A stretch of 64,000 nt of DNA from an uncultured Candidatus Saccharibacteria bacterium (GTDB lineage: Bacteria > Patescibacteriota > Minisyncoccia > SW-4-49-11): assembly GCA_964633865.1 (NCBI GenBank), contig CAZWIJ010000006.1, positions 25,858 to 89,857 on the forward strand, in the 5' to 3' direction. Each line of letters begins with the position of its first letter. Position 1 is the first letter of the stretch. Of this stretch, positions 32,896 through 42,311 are shown in pieces. The notes below the pieces were generated by a model. The model was not told the origin of the DNA, searched no databases, and saw only the letters and a list, made by a program, of their open reading frames with translations. A program made the translations under genes and the position numbers.

Positions 32896-33849
32896 ATGAA
32901 TGAAGAGAAATTACTTATAATAGGAGGATCTGGATTTATAGGATCTCATTTTATAAGGTATATTATGAAAAAATATCCTTATATTAATATCATAAACTAC
33001 GATTCCTTATTAATAGGAGATGTTCAAAATTTATCGGAAATATTTAAGGAAGATGAAAGATACAAGTTTGTAAAAGGAGACATTAAAGATATTAGTAATT
33101 TAGAAAATATAATTAAAACATGCCAAATTGATATTGTTATTAATTTTGCTGTTGAATATAATTATGAAGATGCAAAAGAATCTTTATTAGGATTTGAAAC
33201 TAACACTATAGGTGTAGTGAATTTATTATTTTTGATAAAGAAATATAATATTAAGTTATTACAAATTAGCACAGCTCAGATATTTGGTTCACAAACATAT
33301 GATGATTCGACAGAACTATCAAAGTTTGAACCAAATAATCTTTATGCAGCTAGTAAAGCTAGTGCAAATTTAGTTTGTCAAGCATATATTGAATCTTATA
33401 AAGTAAAAGTTATTACAACAAATATCTGTCATATTATGGGAACTTATCAGTCTATAGATCATACAATTCCAAATTTTATAATAAAAGCTCTAGAAGAACA
33501 AAGATTACAAGTAATAAATGATGGATTAAATGTAAGAGAATGGATGTATATAGATGATTGTAGTAGAGGTATAGAAACAATTTTAAATAGAGGGGTATGG
33601 GGTGAATATTATAATATGGGTAGTGCTATCAGAAAAACTGATTTAGATCTTGCAAATATAATTTTGAAAAAACTTAATAAATCTGAATATTTAATTGAGT
33701 ATGTTAGTGATATAAAGACAACTAATAATAAATACTCTATAAACTCTGATAAACTTAGAAGTTTAGGATGGGAGCCAGTATTTGATTTTGATGAATCTAT
33801 TAATAGATTGATTGAATGGTATAGTGATAAATCGAATTTAATAAAATAA
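32896..33849 (+). CDS. RmlB-like NAD-dependent epimerase/dehydratase, divergent
   Basis: GGSGFIG and YAASK retained; STDEVYG replaced by STAQIFG. Confidence 0.8.
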   Translation: MNEEKLLIIGGSGFIGSHFIRYIMKKYPYINIINYDSLLIGDVQNLSEIFKEDERYKFVKGDIKDISNLENIIKTCQIDIVINFAVEYNYEDAKESLLGFETNTIGVVNLLFLIKKYNIKLLQISTAQIFGSQTYDDSTELSKFEPNNLYAASKASANLVCQAYIESYKVKVITTNICHIMGTYQSIDHTIPNFIIKALEEQRLQVINDGLNVREWMYIDDCSRGIETILNRGVWGEYYNMGSAIRKTDLDLANIILKKLNKSEYLIEYVSDIKTTNNKYSINSDKLRSLGWEPVFDFDESINRLIEWYSDKSNLIK

Positions 33850-33861
33850 TAATTTAACTTT

Positions 33862-34728
33862 ATGTCAAAGATTAGAAAAGCAATTTTACCAGTTGGAGGT
33901 TTTGGAACTAGATTCCTTCCAGCTACTAAAGCTCAACCAAAAGAAATGTTGCCTGTTGTTGATAAGCCAATTGTACAATATTTAGTGGAGGAAGCTGTTA
34001 AAGCAGGAATTGAACAAATAATATTTGTTACAGGTAAAGGAAAAAGAGCTATAGAAGATCACTTTGATTCACATTTTGAATTGGAATATCTTTTAGCAGA
34101 AAAAGGTAAAGAAGAAGAATTAGAAAAAGTTAGAGAAATATCCCAAATGGCAGAATTTTTCTTTGTTCGTCAAAAGCAAGCGAAAGGAAATGGGGATGCT
34201 ATCCTAACTGCTAAAAGTTTTATTGGAGATGAACCATGTGCTGTTTTATTTGGGGATGATCTTGTTGACTCAGAAGTTCCAGCTATAAAGCAATTAATGG
34301 ATGTTTATGATAAATATCAAGATAGTGTTATTGCTTTAACTGAAGTTCCTCATAATGATATTAATAAATATGGTATTATTGAAGGTGTAAATATAGCTAA
34401 TAATCTATATGAAATTAATAAATTTATAGAAAAACCACAAACCAGTGATACTAAATCTAATTTAGCTGTAATTGGTAAATATATCATAACTCCAGATGTA
34501 TTCTCTAAATTAGATTTTTACAAAGATAAAGTGAAAGGAGAGTTAGGTATAGATCATGCATTTAATGGGCTTTTAGGTACTAAACCAGTGTATGGAATGA
34601 TTGTTGATGGTGATAGATATGATTGTGGAGATAAATTAGGATATGTTAAGGCAACTATAGAGTATGGATTGAAGCATGATACTATATCAGATGATTTGAG
34701 AAATTATTTAAAAGCATTAAAATTATAG
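33862..34728 (+). CDS. galU: UTP--glucose-1-phosphate uridylyltransferase
   Basis: GFGTRFLPATKAQPKEMLP, AIEDHFD, EKP, RYDCG.KLGY. Confidence 0.96.
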   Translation: MSKIRKAILPVGGFGTRFLPATKAQPKEMLPVVDKPIVQYLVEEAVKAGIEQIIFVTGKGKRAIEDHFDSHFELEYLLAEKGKEEELEKVREISQMAEFFFVRQKQAKGNGDAILTAKSFIGDEPCAVLFGDDLVDSEVPAIKQLMDVYDKYQDSVIALTEVPHNDINKYGIIEGVNIANNLYEINKFIEKPQTSDTKSNLAVIGKYIITPDVFSKLDFYKDKVKGELGIDHAFNGLLGTKPVYGMIVDGDRYDCGDKLGYVKATIEYGLKHDTISDDLRNYLKALKL

Positions 34729-34821
34729 AACTTATCTTTAATAGTTGTAAAAACTATGAAGGTATGATATAATCTAATTGATATTTATTTTTGTTTTACA
34801 ATTAATTCTTAAAATATCAAT

Positions 34822-34831
34822 GAAAGGAGGT
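34822..34831 (+). promoter_or_regulatory. Strong Shine-Dalgarno sequence of rpsU
   Basis: gaaaggaggt; GGAGG lies 9 nt before the ATG. Confidence 0.8.
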
Positions 34832-34839
34832 ATGTATAA

Positions 34840-35109
34840 ATGATTGAAGTTAGAAAAAAAGAGAAAGAAAGTGTTGAATCTATGATTAGAAGATTCACTA
34901 GAAGAGTACAGAAAAGTCAAGTGTTATCTGATGTTAGATCAAGAAGATTTTTAGTTAAAGGAAAATCTAAGCTCAAACAAAGAGTAGCTGCTATTAAAAA
35001 AGTAGAGTTTTTGTCTGAAAAAGATAAGTTGGTTAAGTTAGGTAAAGTTAAGTCAAATGAAAGATTACCTAATAAATATAAACTAAAGATTAAAGCTAAG
35101 ATTAAATAG
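34840..35109 (+). CDS. rpsU: 30S ribosomal protein S21 with C-terminal extension
   Basis: IEVRKKEKESVESMIRRFTRRVQ; followed by the YqeY gene, conserved synteny. Confidence 0.88.
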   Translation: MIEVRKKEKESVESMIRRFTRRVQKSQVLSDVRSRRFLVKGKSKLKQRVAAIKKVEFLSEKDKLVKLGKVKSNERLPNKYKLKIKAKIK

Positions 35110-35164
35110 GTTAGCCATAAGCTATCCTATTTAATCTTTATTTATAAAATTATTTAATAAATAT

Positions 35165-35605
35165 ATGTCATTATTGCAAGAAACTGTAAAAAAAGATATG
35201 GTTCAAGCTATGAAAGACAAAAACGAATTGTCTAAGAAGGTATTGAGAATGATGATGTCTGAAATTAGAAATGCTGAAATAGATAAACCAGATCATAATC
35301 TTACAGATGAAGATGTCCTAAAAGTAATAGCTAAATTAGAAAAGCAGAGAAAAGATTCAATAAAACAATATATTGCAGGAGGTAGACAAGATTTAGCTGA
35401 TTCAGAAAGTGAAGAATTAACAGTTATCTCTAAATATTTACCAGCTAAAATGTCTGAGTTAGAATTAAGAGATGTTGTTAAAAATATTGTATCAAAATCT
35501 GAATCTAAGGAGTTTGGAATTGTAATGAGAGCTGTGATTCAAGAAGTTAAAGGGAAAGCAGATGGAAGTTTGGTAAAAGACTTAGTAGAAGAATATCTTT
35601 CATAG
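35165..35605 (+). CDS. GatB/YqeY domain protein
   Basis: AMKDKN, KQRKDSI.QY..GGR.DLA..E, YLP, VKGKADG. Confidence 0.92.
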   Translation: MSLLQETVKKDMVQAMKDKNELSKKVLRMMMSEIRNAEIDKPDHNLTDEDVLKVIAKLEKQRKDSIKQYIAGGRQDLADSESEELTVISKYLPAKMSELELRDVVKNIVSKSESKEFGIVMRAVIQEVKGKADGSLVKDLVEEYLS

Positions 35606-35610
35606 TAAGT

Positions 35611-36057
35611 ATGTTTTTAGATATAACTAATAAGCATAATGTTATAATTAACCCTAAACATTTTTACAAGGCTTTGTCTATCATTACTAGTATGGTAGAC
35701 AAAAGACTTGTTGATAAAAAAGTTTCTTTAGTTATAGTCTCACCAAATGAAATCCAAAAACTTAATCAGACATATAGAGGAAAAAATTCTGTTACTGATG
35801 TTTTATCATTTCCTCTAATTGATGTAAGTGACGATATATTAGATGAAGATTTGGGAGAAATATTTATATGTTATACGAAAGTATATGAACAAGCTAAAGT
35901 ATTAAGTCATTCTATAGATTTAGAATGGCAGATTTTATTTGTTCATGGAATGTGGCATCTATTAGGATATGATCATATTACAGATAAGGATTATATAATT
36001 ATGAACACAAAAGAAACACAAGTTCTTGATTTATTAAAAAAAGATATTTCACTTTAA
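35611..36057 (+). CDS. ybeY: rRNA maturation endoribonuclease YbeY
   Basis: LNQTYRGK..TDVLSF, LGEIFIC, HGMWHLLGYDH. Confidence 0.96.
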   Translation: MFLDITNKHNVIINPKHFYKALSIITSMVDKRLVDKKVSLVIVSPNEIQKLNQTYRGKNSVTDVLSFPLIDVSDDILDEDLGEIFICYTKVYEQAKVLSHSIDLEWQILFVHGMWHLLGYDHITDKDYIIMNTKETQVLDLLKKDISL

Positions 36058-36112
36058 TAAAAAAATGTGATATAATTTAAATATAATAAAATTTAAAATA
36101 GAATAAATTATT

Positions 36113-37360
36113 ATGACAAAAAACCCAATAGTAGTTGGTCTAGATGTAGGAACTTACTTTACAAAAATTGCAGTTGCAAAAAAATTAAGAGAAGAAAAAG
36201 AACCTTCTATTATAGCTCTAGGAGTATCTCCAACTGAAGGAATGAGAAAAGGAGTCGTAGTAGATATAAAAGATGTTACCAGAAGTATCGTTATAGCATT
36301 AGAGTCAGCTTCAAAAATGATACAAGAAGACATTACATCTGTTCATATTTCTTTGAATGGTGATCAGATAATCTGTAAAAATACTAGTGGTAAAGTTGCA
36401 GTATCTAGGGCTGATGGGGAAGTTACAGAAGATGATTTAAATAGAGTTTATCAAACTGCTAATCCTGGGCCAAGTGGACAAAATAAAATGATATTAGATA
36501 TAATTCCAAAAAGCTTTACCCTAGATGAAGAGACCGAAATCAAACACCCTGTAGGTATGAATGGTATCAGATTAGAGCTAGATGCTGTTTTGGTTGAAAG
36601 TACTATACCTCCAATAAAAAATTTAGAAAAATGTATAAATGATGCTGGACTTCATATACTATCAAGTGAGACAGCGATAATTACTAGCTCAAGTGCTATT
36701 CTTACAAAAAAACAAAAAGAATTAGGGGTGATTGTCATAGATATGGGTGCTGGAACAACATCCTTTGCTGTATATGAAGAGGGTAGATTAATTCATTTTA
36801 AAATATTACCAATAGGATCAGCTCACATAACTAGTGATATTGCAATTGGTATGAGAATTCCTGTTGACTTAGCAGAAAAAGTTAAAATAATGTTTGGTTA
36901 TGCTATGGAAAGTCATATTCCAAATGATAAAAGAGTAAAAATAGATTTGTCAAAAATTAATGAAGAAGAAGTTGGAACTTATTCTGTAAATTTTTTATCG
37001 GGGATTATAGAAGCTAGATTGAAAGAAATCTTTTCTTTGATATCTAAAGATCTAAGAGAGATAGGGAGAGAAGGTTTATTACCAGCTGGTGTTATATTAG
37101 TTGGAGGTGGAGCTAATCTAAGATCGATTATAGATTTAGCTAAAAGAGAGTTAAAATTACCTGTAAAGATAGCTATCCCAAGAGGGGTAGAAGGGAGTGT
37201 TGCTGATGTGGATAATCCTATGTTTGCTACATTAGTAGGACTTTTGTTGACTGGATTCTCAGAGCAGAATACTATGGAATCAAATCAATCATTTGAAGAA
37301 AAATCTAATTTTATTAATAATATTTGGAATAAAATAGTTAAAATATTTATCCCAGAATAA
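36113..37360 (+). CDS. ftsA: Cell division protein FtsA
   Basis: GLDVGT, GMRKGVV, PVGMNGIRLE, IDMGAGTT, ITSDIA, AEKVK, IIEARLKEI, LVGGGA. Confidence 0.93.
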   Translation: MTKNPIVVGLDVGTYFTKIAVAKKLREEKEPSIIALGVSPTEGMRKGVVVDIKDVTRSIVIALESASKMIQEDITSVHISLNGDQIICKNTSGKVAVSRADGEVTEDDLNRVYQTANPGPSGQNKMILDIIPKSFTLDEETEIKHPVGMNGIRLELDAVLVESTIPPIKNLEKCINDAGLHILSSETAIITSSSAILTKKQKELGVIVIDMGAGTTSFAVYEEGRLIHFKILPIGSAHITSDIAIGMRIPVDLAEKVKIMFGYAMESHIPNDKRVKIDLSKINEEEVGTYSVNFLSGIIEARLKEIFSLISKDLREIGREGLLPAGVILVGGGANLRSIIDLAKRELKLPVKIAIPRGVEGSVADVDNPMFATLVGLLLTGFSEQNTMESNQSFEEKSNFINNIWNKIVKIFIPE

Positions 37361-37391
37361 TTTGTTTACAAAAGTAATGGAGCTTTTTATA

Positions 37392-38741
37392 TTAGGATTT
37401 TTTTAAATTCTTCTCAATATAACTTTTAGAGTCAAATTTTTTACCTGTAGAAGCTAAACTCATATATCTGATTTTACCAAAAATTGGTCTTTCAAACCAA
37501 GCTCTGTCGTGTAACCCTCCAATCGACCAAGCTATATTAGTATAACCAATAGGATCTCTGCCATCAAGTTCATATTTATCATTTAAATATATTGTATATT
37601 CTTGAGCTTGTTCTGGTGACTCTGTCCACTCTAAAATTTTTTTTGCCCAATACATTCTTATATACCCATGCATTTTCCCAGTCCTTAGCATTTCTCTTTG
37701 TGAAGCATTCCAAAGAGGATCATGAGTTAGTCCAAATTCTAATTCTTCCTTTGTATACAAATATTCTCTTTGGTCTTTTCTGTGTTCATTTAGAGTTTTT
37801 CGAGCCCAATCTGGGAATCCATTAAAATTATCATAATTAGAATTATAAAAACAATAATTATCTGATAATTCTTTTCTAACAATCAATTCTTCTAAAAAAG
37901 AATTATAAATATCTGGATTTTTAATTTCATTTTTTATATCTATAGCTACTCTTTGAGATGATATTTGTCCGAAATGTAGAAAAGGGGATAAATTAGATAA
38001 GGCTGGTTTTTCAGGAAAATTTCTATTATTAGTATAATGTATAATTTTTGAATCAATGAAATTTTTGAGATAATTCTTTGCAGAATTTTCACCTGAAATA
38101 ATCCAATTTACTAGAGCTATAGAGTTATCTACTTGAATAAACTTATCTATATTATTCCAATTGTTTTTAGGATAATCAAATTTATTTTTTTGTACTAATT
38201 TTTCTAACTTTGGTATATCTGTCAGCCATTCATCTAATAATTTATGAATTTTAGGTCTTATGGTATAAGCACCATATTCTTGTTTTTGTGAAGTGATCCA
38301 AACAGGGATTATATTATGTGTATCAATCTCATAAAAAGATATATTAATCAAATTATTTACTTCACTTTTCCATTTACGAGATATTTTTAATGGTGAAAAA
38401 TCTGTTATTAAAGTTTTGACATTATATTTAGTAATTAAATTAGGAATAGTTTCTTTGGGATCTCCTAAAGTTATAATAAATGGGATATTATATTTTTGTA
38501 AACTTTTTTCTATTTCTTTTAATCCAGTTATCATAAAATCCAATTGTCTTTTTCCAGCTAATCCAAATTTGGGAACCAAATTGAATACTACAATCAAATT
38601 TTTATTATATTCAAGGCTTAATTTTTGAGCATGTAATAAGGCCCAGTTATCATCTACTCTCATATCACGAGACATCCAATAGACAATATTCCCATTTTGG
38701 GACGAAATCTTATTTAGATAATTGATTCTATTTAAATTCAT
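37392..38741 (-). CDS. Class II CPD photolyase
   Basis: VYWMSRDMRVDDNWAL, SNLSPFLHFGQIS, EELIVRKELSDN, GKMHGYIRMYWAKKILEW, DGRDP, FGKIRYM; start set at ATG 38741. Confidence 0.95.
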   Translation of the reverse strand: MNLNRINYLNKISSQNGNIVYWMSRDMRVDDNWALLHAQKLSLEYNKNLIVVFNLVPKFGLAGKRQLDFMITGLKEIEKSLQKYNIPFIITLGDPKETIPNLITKYNVKTLITDFSPLKISRKWKSEVNNLINISFYEIDTHNIIPVWITSQKQEYGAYTIRPKIHKLLDEWLTDIPKLEKLVQKNKFDYPKNNWNNIDKFIQVDNSIALVNWIISGENSAKNYLKNFIDSKIIHYTNNRNFPEKPALSNLSPFLHFGQISSQRVAIDIKNEIKNPDIYNSFLEELIVRKELSDNYCFYNSNYDNFNGFPDWARKTLNEHRKDQREYLYTKEELEFGLTHDPLWNASQREMLRTGKMHGYIRMYWAKKILEWTESPEQAQEYTIYLNDKYELDGRDPIGYTNIAWSIGGLHDRAWFERPIFGKIRYMSLASTGKKFDSKSYIEKNLKKS

Positions 38742-38772
38742 AATAAAATTAATATTTTTTAGTAAATATATA

Positions 38773-38801
38773 TTGACAAAATTTTGATTATTAGGTATAA
38801 T
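38773..38801 (+). promoter_or_regulatory. Consensus sigma70 promoter for a small ORF
   Basis: TTGACA-17bp-TATAAT. Confidence 0.85.
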
Positions 38802-38831
38802 AGTTAGGTTGTTTATTTTTAAAAACAATTT

Positions 38832-38972
38832 ATGAAAAAACAATTGAAAGACATCTCTGCATCTAGTCCTAACTCTTTACTTTTAGTTAAAGAGAAAGAT
38901 GATAAAGGAAACAAAGACAAAGTTGTGTTTAAAAGTTGGAGCCAAATGATTGAGGAATCAATTGTTTGGTAA
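38832..38972 (+). CDS. Small protein (46 aa) in its own transcription unit
   Basis: MKKQLKDISASSPNSLLLVKEKDDKGNKDKVVFKSWSQMIEESIVW*; consensus promoter upstream, terminator downstream. Confidence 0.6.
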   Translation: MKKQLKDISASSPNSLLLVKEKDDKGNKDKVVFKSWSQMIEESIVW

Positions 38973-39002
38973 CCAAGTATATTATTCAAGGTAAATTTTG
39001 TA

Positions 39003-39036
39003 TAAGGACACTAATCATTTAGTGTCTTATTTTTTT
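39003..39036 (+). terminator. Rho-independent terminator
   Basis: ggacacta-atcatt-tagtgtct followed by a T tract. Confidence 0.75.
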
Positions 39037-39046
39037 ATCAAAAATA

Positions 39047-39190
39047 AAGCCCTCAATGCAGAGGCAAAATCTAATTAAAGATTTTATTACGGCTGAATCC
39101 CTATATAAAATTTAACAGAAATAATATATATATATTTCTCTTTTTTACAAAAGTGGGTTTCAATTTTTCGTAACCTCATTCTGAAGGCTT
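39047..39190 (-). ncRNA. Candidate rod-shaped ncRNA (6S RNA-like)
   Basis: Extended -10 TGaTATAAT at 39205-39197; 5' AAGCCUUCA pairs with 3' UGAGGGCUU; nested stems inside; no ORF. Confidence 0.6.
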
Positions 39191-39229
39191 ATATCCATTA
39201 TATCATTTTTTGCACATTTTTTTAATAGT

Positions 39230-39925
39230 TTAATTTTTATTACTATTATTTTTTTTCCAATTTTCAATTTCTTTGTGATTTCCAGAGTATAAAATTTCTG
39301 GAACAACCCATTCTTTTGGAGAATTTTTAACTAAGTTAGGATTTGCTGGGACAAATTTTGTAGGTTTAGAATATTGTGGATACTCTAAAAAATTATCTAT
39401 AGAATGAGATTCCTCGCTCAAAGATTCTGTATTTCCCAATACATCCGGAATATATCTTGAAATAGCATCCAATACAATCATGGCTGGTAATTCTCCTCCT
39501 GTTAGAACAAATTCACCAATTGATAAACTCTCATTACTTAAAAATTCTTCTACTCTATAATCAATACCTTCATATCTTCCACAAATCATAATAATATGAT
39601 CAAATTTTTCTAAATATTCAGAGACTTTTTTTTGACTAAATATTTTTCCTCCAGCTTTAAAAAAAATAATATGTTTCTTTGTTTTTGGATTTAGTTTAAT
39701 TATTTCTTCTAGTGTATTATATATTGGCTCAATTTGTAATATCATGCCAGCTCCACCACTGTAAGGAGTATCGTCAACTTTCAGATGTTTATTCTTGGTA
39801 AAATCTCTTGGATTCCAAATATCAACAGACAATACATTTTTTAAGTGAATTGCTCTTCCTAAAACACCTACTGATAGGTAGGATTGAATAATTTCTGGAA
39901 AAATTGTAATAATATCAAATTTCAT
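39230..39925 (-). CDS. trmD: tRNA (guanine37-N1)-methyltransferase
   Basis: FDIITIFPE, VDDTPYSGGAGM, CGRYEGID.R, IGEFVLTGGELPA, LEYPQY. Confidence 0.97.
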   Translation of the reverse strand: MKFDIITIFPEIIQSYLSVGVLGRAIHLKNVLSVDIWNPRDFTKNKHLKVDDTPYSGGAGMILQIEPIYNTLEEIIKLNPKTKKHIIFFKAGGKIFSQKKVSEYLEKFDHIIMICGRYEGIDYRVEEFLSNESLSIGEFVLTGGELPAMIVLDAISRYIPDVLGNTESLSEESHSIDNFLEYPQYSKPTKFVPANPNLVKNSPKEWVVPEILYSGNHKEIENWKKNNSNKN

Positions 39926-39994
39926 ATATTTAAAAAATAAAAAAACACTTTCTTATATTAATAATATTAACAAAAAAAGTGTTTTTAGTATATA

Positions 39995-40330
39995 TTAAAT
40001 ATCAAGATCATTTACAGCTTTCTCTATATCAGAATAATTTTTGGATTCTCTTTCACTATCTCTTTTAAATCCAGTTCCTCCTTCTGGTTCTAAAATCTTT
40101 AAGTTTACTCTAGCATTATTTCTAGCTCCAACTATTCTTAATAAAGTTCTGATAGCTTTTGCAGTAGACCCTGATTTTCCAATAATATATCCCATATCTT
40201 TAGGATTTACTTTTAGAGTAATCAAGACACCCATTTCATCAACTATTCTTTCTATTAAGACATCATTAGGATTGTCTACTATAGATTTTACTAAATAAGA
40301 GACAAACTCTTTATCAGATATTTTTTCCAT
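39995..40330 (-). CDS. khpA: KH-domain RNA-binding protein KhpA
   Basis: IVDNP..V, DMGYIIGKSGSTAKAIRTLL. Confidence 0.9.
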   Translation of the reverse strand: MEKISDKEFVSYLVKSIVDNPNDVLIERIVDEMGVLITLKVNPKDMGYIIGKSGSTAKAIRTLLRIVGARNNARVNLKILEPEGGTGFKRDSERESKNYSDIEKAVNDLDI

Positions 40331-40434
40331 CTCAGCATTATTTATCTTATAATATTAAGCTATTTATATTTTATTATAGCTACATATATATTATATCATA
40401 ATTTATATATATGCAATAATTTTTTATAAAATAG

Positions 40435-41157
40435 TTATTTTGCTATCACTAAAGCAAAAACATTACGAAATCCAGATCTTTGTAATGCTTTTGCAGCTTC
40501 ATCAAGTGTGGATAATGTGGTGGTTACATCATCAATTAGAATAATATCTTTATCAATATAATCATTATTTGGCTCGCATTTAAATATATCTATTACATTT
40601 TTAACTCTTTCTTGTTTACTACTAAGACTCATTTGGGGTGAATTATTTTTTATTCTTTGTAAATTTAGAAATAACTCTGAATTAGGAATATTTTTTTGTA
40701 AAAATTCTGCTAATAGGTTGGATTGATTATATCCTCTAAATTTCAACTTATTTATATGTAAGGGGATTGGTGCAAAAATCAAGTTTGACTTATAATCTTT
40801 GCTTAAATGAGATTTTAAGGTTTCCAAAAGTATTTGTCCTAAAATTCTATCTAATGAAATTAAATTTTTGTATTTAAAATAATGGACAGCTTTTTTTAAA
40901 GCAGAATTTTTGAAACTATTAGTACAAAGAACAGTGTTTAAATATTTTTTTGTATGAAATTTAGTAAGAGTTGTGTTGTTATTATTTGTAAATAAGCTGG
41001 TAATATTATTATCAGAGTTTTCTCTTTGAATTATAATTGGTTTTGATTTTAATTTTGGTAGGCAATCATTACAAACTCCATGAAAACTTAATTTATCACA
41101 AAGTATGCATTGAGTAGGAATAAAAGTATCAATCGGTAATTGTAAAAACTTTAACAT
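40435..41157 (-). CDS. ComF family competence protein (zinc ribbon plus PRT domain)
   Basis: CILC..CNDC, FKY, PIPLH...RGYNQS, IDDVTTT. Confidence 0.92.
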   Translation of the reverse strand: MLKFLQLPIDTFIPTQCILCDKLSFHGVCNDCLPKLKSKPIIIQRENSDNNITSLFTNNNNTTLTKFHTKKYLNTVLCTNSFKNSALKKAVHYFKYKNLISLDRILGQILLETLKSHLSKDYKSNLIFAPIPLHINKLKFRGYNQSNLLAEFLQKNIPNSELFLNLQRIKNNSPQMSLSSKQERVKNVIDIFKCEPNNDYIDKDIILIDDVTTTLSTLDEAAKALQRSGFRNVFALVIAK

Positions 41158-41231
41158 TAATCTATTTGCAAATTTAAATTTATTATGATAATATTATAGC
41201 ATAATAACATAATAAAAATAATAGTAAAATA

Positions 41232-42308
41232 ATGTTTAATTTCAATGCCAATTTTAATAAATCTTCTGTTGGAATAGATATTGGTACTCAATCTGTTAAG
41301 ATAGTAGAAATACAAAATAAAGATAAAGTCTATAATATATCAAATTATGCTATATGGGATGATGATCTAGATCATACTATACAGGAAAGAAATTCTAATT
41401 ATGAAAGTACAGCAGAATATATATCAGAAATAATTCTAAATTTATTAAAAACAAGTGACATTCATACTAAAGATTGTTATATAAGCATACCATCTTACTT
41501 AGCATTTTCAGCTTTGATAGATGTTCCTATTATGTCAATTGAAGAATTGACTAAAGCTATTCCACTTGAAGCTAGTCAATATATACCTACATCTATTGAT
41601 GAGGTTCAGATTGACTGGATTGTTCTTGGGAATTCATTACAACCTAATTCTCTAGAAATATTATTGATAGCTATACCTAATGAAGTAATTAATAAGTATT
41701 TAACAATTGCTAATTTGTTAAACTTAAATATTAAAGGTTTTGAATTAGATATATTTTCTCAAATAAGATCAACTAATTTGAATAATGTTCCAACTCTAAT
41801 TATAGATATAGGTGCAAGAAGCTCTATGGTAAGTATTGTTAATGAAAAACAACAACTTTTGATAACTAAATCATTTGATTTTGGTGGAAATCAAATAACT
41901 AATCAAATTATGTTATTTAATGAAGGTATTAGTATCAAAGAAGCAGAAACTCTTAAAAAGCAAAATGGATTAATCGGTGAGAATCAATCAGTTGTTGATA
42001 TAATAAAGCAAACTTATAATAACTTTATATTACAAAATGTTGATGTAGTAATAAATGATTATTATAAAAAACATACTAAAAATATAGAGGAAGTATTAGT
42101 AGTAGGAGGAACTTCTCGTATGAAAGGAATATCAGATTATACTGGAAGTACTTTGAAGCAAATTGATAATAGACTCTCCAATATAAAGACATCTGTTGGT
42201 TCACCTAATAATTCTATTAAAATCACTACAGATATACAAAATATGTTTGTAGAAAAAATATGGCAAGATCTTTCCCTTGCAATTGGTATAGCTCTAAAAA
42301 AGAATTAA
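41232..42308 (+). CDS. pilM: Type IV pilus assembly protein PilM
   Basis: GIDIGTQSVKIVE, EASQYIP, IDIGA, FGGNQIT, VGGTS, AIGIALK. Confidence 0.88.
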   Translation: MFNFNANFNKSSVGIDIGTQSVKIVEIQNKDKVYNISNYAIWDDDLDHTIQERNSNYESTAEYISEIILNLLKTSDIHTKDCYISIPSYLAFSALIDVPIMSIEELTKAIPLEASQYIPTSIDEVQIDWIVLGNSLQPNSLEILLIAIPNEVINKYLTIANLLNLNIKGFELDIFSQIRSTNLNNVPTLIIDIGARSSMVSIVNEKQQLLITKSFDFGGNQITNQIMLFNEGISIKEAETLKKQNGLIGENQSVVDIIKQTYNNFILQNVDVVINDYYKKHTKNIEEVLVVGGTSRMKGISDYTGSTLKQIDNRLSNIKTSVGSPNNSIKITTDIQNMFVEKIWQDLSLAIGIALKKN

Positions 42309-42311
42309 TAT

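Noticed and set aside
38742-38843. ORF-track N-terminal extensions (photolyase; also rpsF, 6745, 26048, 48334, 60311, 61164)
   Set aside because: They overlap promoters or neighbouring genes and lack family similarity; downstream ATGs fit better
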